Source: an uncultured Hormoscilla sp. (GTDB lineage Bacteria > Cyanobacteriota > Cyanobacteriia > Cyanobacteriales > Desertifilaceae). From it: DNA of 64,000 bases. The DNA lies in contig OZ001293.3 of the NCBI GenBank assembly GCA_963921275.4, forward strand, positions 4,064,001 through 4,128,000, in the 5' to 3' direction. The notes under the pieces are model-generated. The model saw only the letters and a program-made list of their open reading frames with translations, did not search any database and was not told where the DNA came from. This document shows, one piece after another, positions 33,676 through 42,535 of this stretch (the stretch's first letter is position 1; each line of letters opens with the position of its first letter). Made by a program: the position numbers and the translations under genes.

Positions 33676-36073
33676 GTGCGACTCGTTCAGTGTAAACCAC
33701 CGGTGATAACCGAAGGGGGACCACTGGCAAGGCTCCATTAGCCTTGATAACTTTTAGATGATGGTGGTGAAAGCCCACCCCTCCAGGTGCAGGAGTGACA
33801 GCACTTACCCCACGGTAGCGATGGCATCAATCCGTGAAGCGGGTACGAAAGGCGCCCTGGCTGGTAGCCTAAACCGGTCATCGCCGATTTTTCGCGCAGC
33901 GTGCAAGTAGTCACGGTGAGCGAAAGCAAAGATTTACAGTGTCGTTACGACAAACCAGCGTAATAAGGCTAAACACGCTGGCCCAAAAGGGAAAGGATAA
34001 TGGTCATTGGCGGTTCCTTTTCCGACCAATAAGCACCGACAATAAACCCGGCATAAGGAATCCACCTAAAACTACGACCAATCATCTAGAGGAACGAAGT
34101 AAACCAGGTACATACTCTCAACCACCGGTCGATAGGTTGAGCAGCCACCAAAGGCGCAACATCTGCTTACATTCGGCAGGTTATATCTGGGAAAGATTTC
34201 GCGGAGAAGCTAACGCCTTTCTGTAATGGATGGGATATGCTGACGCCCTCACGGTAACGTCAATTGTAAAGTTGTAAGTAGCAATACATACGTCATGAGC
34301 ACGATGTCAAAATCGATGAATGAATGGAAGGATATCCCCTGGCCTCGGCTGGAACGGGTAGTCTTTAAGTTGCAAAAACGAATTTACAGAGCGGCACAAG
34401 AAGGCAATAAGCAAAAAGTTCGCAGGCTCCAAAGGTTACTGGTAAGCTCCCGGGCTGCCAAATGTCTAGCGGTACGACGGGTTACACAAGATAACCAGGG
34501 AAAGAAGACAGCCGGTGTGGATGGTGTGAAATCACTAACCCCAAAGCAACGCCGAGAACTGGTAGGACAGATTGAAATCTCAAACAAGGCTAAGCCTACA
34601 CGTCGTGTATGGATTCCTAAGCCAGGGAGAGAAGAAAAACGTCCTTTAGAAATACCCACGATGCACGACCGCGCGAATCAAGGGCTCCTCAAGATTGCGC
34701 TTGAACCCGAATGGGAAGCATATATGGAGGGGAACTCATACGGATTCAGACCGGGTCGGGGATGCCACGATGCAATTGCGGCAATATTCAGCAGCATTAA
34801 ACAGAAACCCAAATGGGTATTAGATGCAGATATTGCGAAATGTTTCGACAGGATAGACCACAAAGCGCTAGTCGAAAAATTAAATACTACGTCACCAATC
34901 CGTAAACAAGTACGGGCATGGTTAAAAGCCGGGGTGATTGACAAGAAGATATGGCACACAACTGAGGCAGGAACGCCACAAGGGGGTGTCATATCCCCAC
35001 TGCTAGCCAATATAGCCCTACAGGGGTTAGAGGAAGCAGTAATGGAATTAGCAAAGACACAAAGGGAAAAGCAAAAGCTGACGGTAGTCAGATACGCAGA
35101 CGACTTTGTGATCATGCATGAAGACAGGGAGATGATAGACAGAGCGCAAACAGTGGTGGCAGAGTGGCTAAGAAGAATAGGGCTTGAGTTGAAGGCCGAA
35201 AAGACAAAGATAGCCCACAGGCTAAATGGAGAAAACCCGGGATTCGACTTCCTAGGATTCAATATAAGGCAATATAAAGAGGGAAAATACAGAACCGGCA
35301 AATCAACAAACGGAACACCCCTAGGATTCAAAACCCTAATCAAACCCAGTAATAAGTCCATAGGGAAGCATAAAGAACGGTTATCAGAAATGGTAACTAG
35401 CCATATAACAGCACCACAAGCGGCCCTAATAAGCAGGCTAAACCCGATAATAAGGGGATGGTCAAACTACTTTAGGACAGTGGTAAGCAAGGAAATTTAC
35501 AGCGATATGGACAACTACCTATGGAACATCCTATGGCAATGGGCCAAAAGGAGGCACCCTAACAAGTCAAGTAACTGGATAACCTATAAATACTGGTCTG
35601 TAAACCAGGATGCTAAATGGCGATTCCGAAGCAAGACAAAAGAGGGTGATATGAAGATACGTAAACACTCCGAAACTGAGATAATCAGACACGTAAAAGT
35701 GAAAGGGACCGCAAGCCCATACGACGGGAACCTCACATATTGGAGCACAAGATTAGGCAAAAGCCCCGAACTGAGTAAAAGGGTAGCAACGCTACTCAAG
35801 CAGCAAAAGGGAAAATGCCAACAGTGCGGACTAACGTTTATGGATAGTGACAAATGGGAAGTTGACCATATCATGCCCCTTTCACTAGGAGGTAAGGACC
35901 GGTATGACAACCTACAGTTGCTACACAAACACTGCCACGACAAAAAGACTGCCAGCGATGGCAGTAGCCGTACCCATGACAAGGGTGGCGTGACCGAGGA
36001 GCAGGATGAGGCGAAAGTCTCATGTCCGGTTTTGAAGACGAGTCGGTCCGGTGACGGACTGGCTTAGTTTAAT
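33676..36073 (+). mobile_element. Full-length group II intron (2398 bp)
   Basis: 5' GTGCGACTCGTT; domain V GAGCAGGATGAGGCGAAAGTCTCATGTCCGGTTTTG; 3' end ...TTAGTTTAAT. Confidence 0.95.
34295..36067 (+). CDS. ltrA: Group II intron reverse transcriptase/maturase with HNH endonuclease
   Basis: PQGG, YADD, maturase X domain, CQQC...VDH...DNLQLLHKHCH. Confidence 0.96.
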   Translation: MSTMSKSMNEWKDIPWPRLERVVFKLQKRIYRAAQEGNKQKVRRLQRLLVSSRAAKCLAVRRVTQDNQGKKTAGVDGVKSLTPKQRRELVGQIEISNKAKPTRRVWIPKPGREEKRPLEIPTMHDRANQGLLKIALEPEWEAYMEGNSYGFRPGRGCHDAIAAIFSSIKQKPKWVLDADIAKCFDRIDHKALVEKLNTTSPIRKQVRAWLKAGVIDKKIWHTTEAGTPQGGVISPLLANIALQGLEEAVMELAKTQREKQKLTVVRYADDFVIMHEDREMIDRAQTVVAEWLRRIGLELKAEKTKIAHRLNGENPGFDFLGFNIRQYKEGKYRTGKSTNGTPLGFKTLIKPSNKSIGKHKERLSEMVTSHITAPQAALISRLNPIIRGWSNYFRTVVSKEIYSDMDNYLWNILWQWAKRRHPNKSSNWITYKYWSVNQDAKWRFRSKTKEGDMKIRKHSETEIIRHVKVKGTASPYDGNLTYWSTRLGKSPELSKRVATLLKQQKGKCQQCGLTFMDSDKWEVDHIMPLSLGGKDRYDNLQLLHKHCHDKKTASDGSSRTHDKGGVTEEQDEAKVSCPVLKTSRSGDGLA

Positions 36074-36218
36074 TGTCTCTCTAGCCAGGTGCTCAGCTGG
36101 CTGAACCCTTTGTCGTCGTTGTAGAAGTGTTTTGGTGAGAGTTTTGCCGTTCTCAAGCATCAGAGCGACATGAAATGTCTTTTTGCGCTCTGTCGATGCC
36201 TAGAACTGTTTGTGTCAT
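36074..36218 (-). pseudogene. IS110-family recombinase N-terminal fragment
   Basis: Minus strand ATG 36218: MTQTVLGIDRAQK / (frameshift) TFHVALMLENGKTLTKHFYNDDKGFSQLSTWLER; GID start typical of IS110 DEDD domain; cut by the intron. Confidence 0.75.
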
Positions 36219-36275
36219 AGCGCTGTACCTCAATTTTAACTCAATTTTAAGTGGATAGCATACAAATTGTATGCT

Positions 36276-36472
36276 GACTGGTCAATGCAACTAACCGCGG
36301 TTTAGCAGGCTCAACAAAGCGTGGGTGGCCTAAGATACTGGACAGTATCAGGATCAAACCAGTCGTGATTCACCTGCAGGGAGCTAATCTACACAACAGA
36401 CTTAGCCTTAAGGTGTATTAGGGGCACGCCAGCTTCACCTGACCGAAGTAGAGAGAGTGTTTGAGTGCTCTG
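36276..36472 (-). ncRNA. IS110/IS621-type bridge-RNA-like locus
   Basis: Upstream of the IS110 fragment; two stem-enclosed loops (CAGG..AGCT/AGCT..CCTG and GACTGGT/ACCAGTC) carrying CGTGCCCCT...TGTTGTGTAGATT and CCAGTATCT, paralleling the IS621 bridge RNA layout as recalled. Confidence 0.7.
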
Positions 36473-36671
36473 GTCGGGGTCGAGCTGGGAATCACTCCCC
36501 AACCCTCCAAGAGCGGAACCGGGCTTGCGACTTTCACCGCACCCGGCTACTGGGCAGTAGGGCCTTGTCATTGGTAGGATTACTGGGGATTACTCCCGTT
36601 GTCCCTCATCTCATGTAATTTCTCCCCTTTCCTGGTTGGTAAGTGGCGCTGCCGGATAACCTTTAGTATTA

Positions 36672-37683
36672 ACTCAAGTTGCGACCTATAAAAATTGGAT
36701 ACAAAAAGCTATGATAAAGAGAATTATTTTCAACTCTAATCCCTTAGATGTAACAGCATGAATTGACTTGGGAAACAAATTTGTGATTCGACTAAAACAG
36801 GTTTCAACTTGTTTTCTTGTTACTTTTTGTATATATTCAAAACAAGAATATTCTTTTTTTTTTGAGTTCTTTTTTCGCAAAGGTTTTAACATTATACTTG
36901 ACGACTCTTTTAGTAAATCCTCTAATTGATAATCATTATAAGCTTTATCTCCATAAACTATTGAATTTGATGGTAAGTCAAAGCCAAAAGATTGCAAAAC
37001 TTTAAAATCATTATAACTACCAGGATCTAGATAAAATTCTATTGGCTTTCCATTTTTGTTTACCAACATATGAACTCTTAATCCATAAAAATAACGTTTT
37101 TTACTGGCAATATACCCTCGATATTCTTCCTTGTTATAAATTTGGCATCTATCAATCCTAATATTATCACATACTGGCACCGGGAAACTATCAAGAATAT
37201 ATTCTTGACCCGGATTGAGATATTTAAATGTTTGAGCTATAACTTGGAAGAAAAACATCCAAATTGGTTCGTCAATATTGTGTAATCGACGATTGAACCT
37301 ACTTTTACTTAACAGATTTTTTATATACTTGTGTTGGACCATAAATTGACAAGAGCGATCGTGGTGTCCTCCGAAAAAATATGCAGCAACTAATCCGACT
37401 GTCATCACTTCGGCATTGTTCATTTTTACTTGTGGATCTTCTTTTATATTTAACGCTTTTAGTAGCTCGTCACAAAGAACAAAAATTGTTGTAATCATAT
37501 CTTCCATCATCTACATCCCCCAGCAATTAACTATTATTTTAGTACATTATAACCTATAAACAGCCAACCCGCCGTCTAGCACAAAAAAAATATAATTTTG
37601 TATCAAAAGCTACGAAATATCCCAAATATCTGTAAAGTCTAAGTGGGTAATTCATATTTTTTTTAATAGGTCGCAACTTAGGT
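36672..37683 (-). mobile_element. IS982-family insertion sequence, copy A (1012 bp)
   Basis: TIR AC(TC/CT)AAGTTGCGACCTAT; TSD TATTA. Confidence 0.93.
36686..37510 (-). CDS. IS982 family transposase (DDE intact)
   Basis: ILDSFP, FYGLRVH, GDKAY, RKQVETCFS. Confidence 0.93.
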   Translation of the reverse strand: MMEDMITTIFVLCDELLKALNIKEDPQVKMNNAEVMTVGLVAAYFFGGHHDRSCQFMVQHKYIKNLLSKSRFNRRLHNIDEPIWMFFFQVIAQTFKYLNPGQEYILDSFPVPVCDNIRIDRCQIYNKEEYRGYIASKKRYFYGLRVHMLVNKNGKPIEFYLDPGSYNDFKVLQSFGFDLPSNSIVYGDKAYNDYQLEDLLKESSSIMLKPLRKKNSKKKEYSCFEYIQKVTRKQVETCFSRITNLFPKSIHAVTSKGLELKIILFIIAFCIQFL

Positions 37684-37946
37684 TATTACCAATTTATCTG
37701 AGTCCGTTTCACCAGTTATCCCACCTTCGCATGCTAGGTATTGGGGCGTATTAGGGTTACTTTAGCCCGAGATTTCCTACTGTCACCGACCCCTGTTTGC
37801 TTATCCCAGGCATTAATTAGGGCTTTTGCTTCTTGGGCCATCCCTCCCACCGTAGCTTGCGCTTCACATCTGACTGGTCTCGGTAGACAGCACACGATGG
37901 GTTACTTCGTTCCCTAGTATCATTTCACGATGCTTTTAGGTTCCTA

Positions 37947-38864
37947 CTATACCCCGGGTCTCTCCGTAAAGGAAGAGGGCAGATAGGGGGTCTGCACGCC
38001 CATTTTCTTCGCAGCTAACGCCTCCTCAGCGATGCGATCGCACTTGCGGAGGAACCCGGACCACAAATCTTGTCCCATAACGGGGTTTCTGAGATCGTGA
38101 CTGGCTTTAGAGACTGCTGCTTCTAGGGGTTCTCCTTTGCTAACGTAATATTGAATGCGTTCTTCTTCAAAGGCGGGATAAGGAACACCAGGTTCTATCT
38201 CCCAGTCCCGCTTAACTTTCTGACTTTCACCTAAAGCTATTCCGGCGACAAATTCATCCCAAAAGGGAGACAATAACCCTTTAGTCATGCCATCGATCAC
38301 CTTAAAAACCCATCCCGAAGGGTTAGGATACCCTTGGATCTTAGCATACTCTAATAAAGTCCGTTGAAATTCCTCTAATTCAGCAGGAGACTTCCAGGGA
38401 CCGCTAAATTGATAATTCGGAGTGACTTGCACGGCAATAGCTTGACGTCGCACCGGGAAATATTTATCTTCTTTAATTGTTCTGGGAGTTTTATCTTGAA
38501 CCTGAATTAGAGATGCTTGAGATTCCTCTGGTGTAATCAAATTATCCTCTAATCTTTTTTCTAGGGCCTCCAGGTCCGGCCAAAACTCCAGGGCCCCACT
38601 TTTCCCGCTAACTATTCTCTCTTTCAAGAGCGATCGGGCCTTAAGTTGGCGGCGTGCCAGATCTTGTTCCGAGGAATTCAAACCGGTTTCCGCCTCCATT
38701 TGCTCGACAGTAATGGATATCCATTCTTGAGAATTACCCGAGGAATGACTCTGACACAGTTGACAGAAAAACACGGCAGCAGTTACCCCACCAGTAACTT
38801 TAGCCACCTGAGGATAATATACCATTGGTTGACCTATCTGTCGCCAAAATACTCCTAATTTCAC
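37947..38864 (-). CDS. Hypothetical protein (N-terminal HTH/replication-initiator-like region), probably C-terminally truncated
   Basis: 305-aa ORF; stop codon supplied by intron-remnant sequence. Confidence 0.6.
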   Translation of the reverse strand: MKLGVFWRQIGQPMVYYPQVAKVTGGVTAAVFFCQLCQSHSSGNSQEWISITVEQMEAETGLNSSEQDLARRQLKARSLLKERIVSGKSGALEFWPDLEALEKRLEDNLITPEESQASLIQVQDKTPRTIKEDKYFPVRRQAIAVQVTPNYQFSGPWKSPAELEEFQRTLLEYAKIQGYPNPSGWVFKVIDGMTKGLLSPFWDEFVAGIALGESQKVKRDWEIEPGVPYPAFEEERIQYYVSKGEPLEAAVSKASHDLRNPVMGQDLWSGFLRKCDRIAEEALAAKKMGVQTPYLPSSFTERPGV

Positions 38865-38923
38865 TTTTTTATCCTTATCATTCGTTCGTAGTAAGGACTT
38901 TAGTCCTTACCTCCGTCATGCAA

Positions 38924-39322
38924 TTATGAGAAACAAATTGCTTCTACTTTCACCTCAACCAGCATCGCCGGATCTACTAAAGCGCTAACTTCAACCATTG
39001 TACTGGTTGGGGGATGTTCTGCAAAGAATTCGCGATGGGCCTGAATAAACTCTTGGGCGCGACTAATATCAGTCACAAACAAGCGTACTCGGATAACATC
39101 GCTACAGTCAGCCCCCAAATCCTGCAAAGATTTTTGGATAATTGACAAGCAATATTTAGTTTGGGCGTAAGCATCTCCGGGGGCGAATACGCCTCCAGAT
39201 TGATCGATAGGTGCGGTCCCGGAAACATAAATCTGGTTTCCCACTCTGAGGGCGCGACAGTAACCCGCTTTTTCCTCCCAACTCGTTCCCGAAAATGTCC
39301 TAGTAATTTGTTTATTCGCCAT
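38924..39322 (-). CDS. RidA/YjgF/UK114 family protein
   Basis: SGTSWEEKAGYCRA..VGNQIYVSGT, PTSTMVEVSALVDP..LVEV. Confidence 0.9.
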   Translation of the reverse strand: MANKQITRTFSGTSWEEKAGYCRALRVGNQIYVSGTAPIDQSGGVFAPGDAYAQTKYCLSIIQKSLQDLGADCSDVIRVRLFVTDISRAQEFIQAHREFFAEHPPTSTMVEVSALVDPAMLVEVKVEAICFS

Positions 39323-39324
39323 TC

Positions 39325-40077
39325 TCAATTTTCCATTTTCCATTCGCCATTCTCAATTCGCAACATTTGGTTGCCGCCGCGCTGAAATTCATAATCCACC
39401 TGCCGGGTTTCTACATGATAACCCTGCTGTCTTAATTCCATTATAGTACCTGACAGGTGTGGAGAAGGTTCTCCCGATAGATCCAGCAGGGGGAAGATGC
39501 GGACTGCCCTAGCGACTCGACATAGTTCTAGTATAGCATGGAAATGGAATGCTGCATCAAGTTGGTCGGAATAAAGAAATAATAGATGAGAACAGAGGGC
39601 TAAATCAAATTTTTTTTTATTGAAAGGTAGTACTGGCAATTCAGCTTTCACATAACGCCCTGACTTTTTCCCCTCGGTAAAATCAGCCAAAAACTGCTGC
39701 ATGGCTGCCATTCTCACCTGTCCTAGCTGAGTGGGAGAGGTGATTTCTCTTTGCCAAACATATTGATCTTGATTTGCCTTTACTCCCTCGACAATAACTG
39801 GATAAGTTGCTTGAATGCGTCGGGCAATTTCATCAGCGCTGAATTGATAAACTGGATCGCAGGAAATCACATTATTGTAGCCCTTTCGATGCCCTCGGGG
39901 CACGCTACTCGCACTACCCCTCGCACATCGCCGCGTCATTTCCGCATTAAAGCTAGCAGGACCGCCACCAGAATCAAGGATCTTTAAATCTAACTCTGGT
40001 ATAGTAATGTCGAACATTCTCAGGTATTCAGAGTGCGATCGGCCCCAGGGTACTACGTTATCTAGCTTTAATCCCAT
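39325..40077 (-). CDS. SAM-dependent methyltransferase with in-frame repeat insertion
   Basis: VVPWGRS, ILDSGGGPASF, FDLALCSHLLFLYS, YEFQRGGN; extra CARGSASSVPRGHR encoded by the palindrome at 39887-39930. Confidence 0.85.
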   Translation of the reverse strand: MGLKLDNVVPWGRSHSEYLRMFDITIPELDLKILDSGGGPASFNAEMTRRCARGSASSVPRGHRKGYNNVISCDPVYQFSADEIARRIQATYPVIVEGVKANQDQYVWQREITSPTQLGQVRMAAMQQFLADFTEGKKSGRYVKAELPVLPFNKKKFDLALCSHLLFLYSDQLDAAFHFHAILELCRVARAVRIFPLLDLSGEPSPHLSGTIMELRQQGYHVETRQVDYEFQRGGNQMLRIENGEWKMEN

Positions 40078-40721
40078 TGTTTGGCCTCCGTAAACTGGTT
40101 ATTTTGTATCCCCGGCGACGGTTTTAGTAAATTATATACAGGACTGAGGCAAATTGTCAAACCGAGTCCTAGATTTAGCTTCTGGTGGGCGGTACTGAGT
40201 TATGATATCATCAGGGAGCGCGATCGTTTGCTTTGAGAACGGCGATCCATGGCCTCCCATCCGCCGGTGCGATCGCCGGACATGAGAATCGTTGGAGAGA
40301 TTTGGAATTGTCAAATTGAGGACATTCCCACGAAGCTCAATTAATGGTAAAACCATCTTCACTGATGCAGGGCATCTGCGATGACAATTGTAGACTATAA
40401 TTGATAGATAAGATGGACTATTCCCAAATTCGCGCCGAAGCAGAAAGACTGCTGGAGATACTTTATGTAACACCGTTTGAAGACTGCTGCCCCTTGACCA
40501 AACAATTTTCCCATCTGATGGTTAGACCGGGTTTGTATGCTATCCGTCATCGGGTTGATGGTATATTAACTCAAGTTGCTACCTATAAAAATTGCGACCT
40601 CCCAGACAGCCATTTTGGTAAATTTATTCGCCAAAATGCCGTTTTGGGGTAAATCACAAGGTAATTTTGGCTGATTTTGGCTGATTTTGGCGCTTTGCAA
40701 GGAGTTGAGGTTCTATAGGTA

Positions 40722-41733
40722 ACCTAAGTTGCGACCTATTAAAAAAAATATGAATTACCCACTTAGACTTTACAGATATTTGGGATATTTCGTAGCTTTT
40801 GATACAAAATTATATTTTTTTTGTGCTAGACGGCGGGTTGGCTGTTTATAGGTTATAATGTACTAAAATAATAGTTAATTGCTGGGGGATGTAGATGATG
40901 GAAGATATGATTACAACAATTTTTGTTCTTTGTGACGAGCTACTAAAAGCGTTAAATATAAAAGAAGATCCACAAGTAAAAATGAACAATGCCGAAGTGA
41001 TGACAGTCGGATTAGTTGCTGCATATTTTTTCGGAGGACACCACGATCGCTCTTGTCAATTTATGGTCCAACACAAGTATATAAAAAATCTGTTAAGTAA
41101 AAGTAGGTTCAATCGTCGATTACACAATATTGAGGAACCAATTTGGATGTTTTTCTTCCAAGTTATAGCTCAAACATTTAAAGAGCTCAATCCGGGTCAA
41201 GAATATATTCTTGATAGTTTCCCGGTGCCAGTATGTGATAATATTAGGATTGATAGATGCCAAATTTATAACAAGAAAGAATATCGAGGGTATATTGCCA
41301 GTAAAAAACGTTATTTTTATGGATTAAGAGTTCATATGTTGGTAAACAAAAATGGAAAGCCAATAGAATTTTATCTAGATACTGGTAGTTATAATGATGT
41401 TAAAGTTTTGCAATCTTTTGGCTTTGACTTACCATCAAATTCAATAGTTTATGGAAATAAAGCTTATAATGATTATCAATTAGAGGATTTACTAAAAGAG
41501 TCGTCAAGTATAATGTTAAAACTTTTGCGAAAAAAGAACTCAAAAAGAAAAGAATATTCTTGCTTTGAATATATACAAAAAGTAACAATAAAACAAGTTA
41601 AAACCTGTTTTAGTCGAATCACCAATTTGTTTCCCAAGTCAATTCATGCTGTTACATCTAAGGGATTAGAGTTGAAAATAATTCTCTTTATCATAGCTTT
41701 TTGTATCCAATTTTTATAGGTCGCAACTTGAGT
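40722..41733 (+). mobile_element. IS982-family insertion sequence, copy B (1012 bp)
   Basis: Inverted near-copy of 36672-37683; TSD TAGGTA (40716-40721, 41734-41739). Confidence 0.93.
40895..41719 (+). CDS. IS982 family transposase, probably inactive
   Basis: GDKAY changed to GNKAY and RKQVET to IKQVKT relative to copy A. Confidence 0.88.
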   Translation: MMEDMITTIFVLCDELLKALNIKEDPQVKMNNAEVMTVGLVAAYFFGGHHDRSCQFMVQHKYIKNLLSKSRFNRRLHNIEEPIWMFFFQVIAQTFKELNPGQEYILDSFPVPVCDNIRIDRCQIYNKKEYRGYIASKKRYFYGLRVHMLVNKNGKPIEFYLDTGSYNDVKVLQSFGFDLPSNSIVYGNKAYNDYQLEDLLKESSSIMLKLLRKKNSKRKEYSCFEYIQKVTIKQVKTCFSRITNLFPKSIHAVTSKGLELKIILFIIAFCIQFL

Positions 41734-41768
41734 TAGGTAGCAACTTAGGTTATATTATATATTGGTAA

Positions 41769-42535
41769 GTGCGATTCGTTTAGCATAAACCGCCAGTGAT
41801 AACTGGTGGGGGACCGCTAGCAGGGTTTCATTAGCCCTAACAACTTACAGATGATGGTGGTGAAAGCCCACCCCTCCAGGTGCAGGAGTGAAAGCATATT
41901 CCTTACAGTAGCGATGGCATCAATCTGTAAAGCAGGAATAAAAGGCGCACTGGCCGGTAGCCTAAACCGGTCAACGTCAAGCAAGTAGCCATGATGAGCA
42001 TAAAGCAAAGATTTGCAGCGTCGTAAATATGAACCAGTGTAATAAGGCTGAGACACTGGCCCAAAAGGGAAAGGATAATGGTCGTTGGCAGGTTTATCTC
42101 TGACCAACAAGCACTGACAATAAACCCGGCGTATGGAATCCATCTAAAGCTACAACCAATCATCTGTAGGAACGAAGTAACCCGGTTACGCACTCTCTAT
42201 CACCGGTCGATAGGTAGAGTAGTCACCAAAGACGTAACATCTGCTCTCATTAGGCAGGTCGTAGCCGGAAAAGGATTGAGTGGAGAAGCAAACGCCTATT
42301 TGTAATGAGTAGGATACGCTGACGCTCTCACGGTAATGTCAAAGGTAAAGTTGCAAGTAACAGTACAAACGTTATGAACAAGGTTTCAAAACCGATGTAT
42401 GAATGGAAGACCATCCCCTGGCGAAAGTTAGAACGGAGGGTTTTCAAGCTGCAAAAGCGAATTTACAGAGCGGCACAACGTGGCAATACACTGCCACGAC
42501 GTAAAGACTGCTAACGATGGTAGTTGCCGTACCTA
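41769..42535 (+). mobile_element. Group II intron with internally deleted ORF, 3' end cut off
   Basis: GTGCGATTCGTT start; ORF from 42374 MNKVSKPMYEWKTIPW...RAAQRGN jumps directly to the HNH-tail-like HCHDVKTANDGSCRT. Confidence 0.88.

Larger units (their letters stand above)
36473..37958 (-). mobile_element. ORF-less group II intron, 5'-truncated, interrupted by IS982
   Basis: Domain V AGCCGGGTGCGGTGAAAGTCGCAAGCCCGGTTC and 3' end CGACCCCGAC at 36473; domain I part 37689-37958 homologous to 20832-20969; no RT ORF once the IS is removed. Confidence 0.8.
40569..41750. mobile_element. IS982-type MITE (~164 bp) carrying a nested IS982
   Basis: Ends ACTCAAGTTGCTACCTAT / TAGGTAGCAACTTAGGT; 7-bp TSD TATATTA (40562-40568, 41751-41757). 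Confidence 0.88.
40401..41768 (+). pseudogene. GIY-YIG-like nuclease gene interrupted by MITE/IS982 and then a group II intron
   Basis: PGLYAIRH..DGIL resumes as YIG(K) at ~41758-41768 once the MITE and one TSD are removed. Confidence 0.7.

Noticed and set aside
36074..42535. Single inversion between the two intron copies explaining the flanks
   Set aside because: Re-inverting joins urtB to an intron remnant and IS110 to IS1634; no gene is restored
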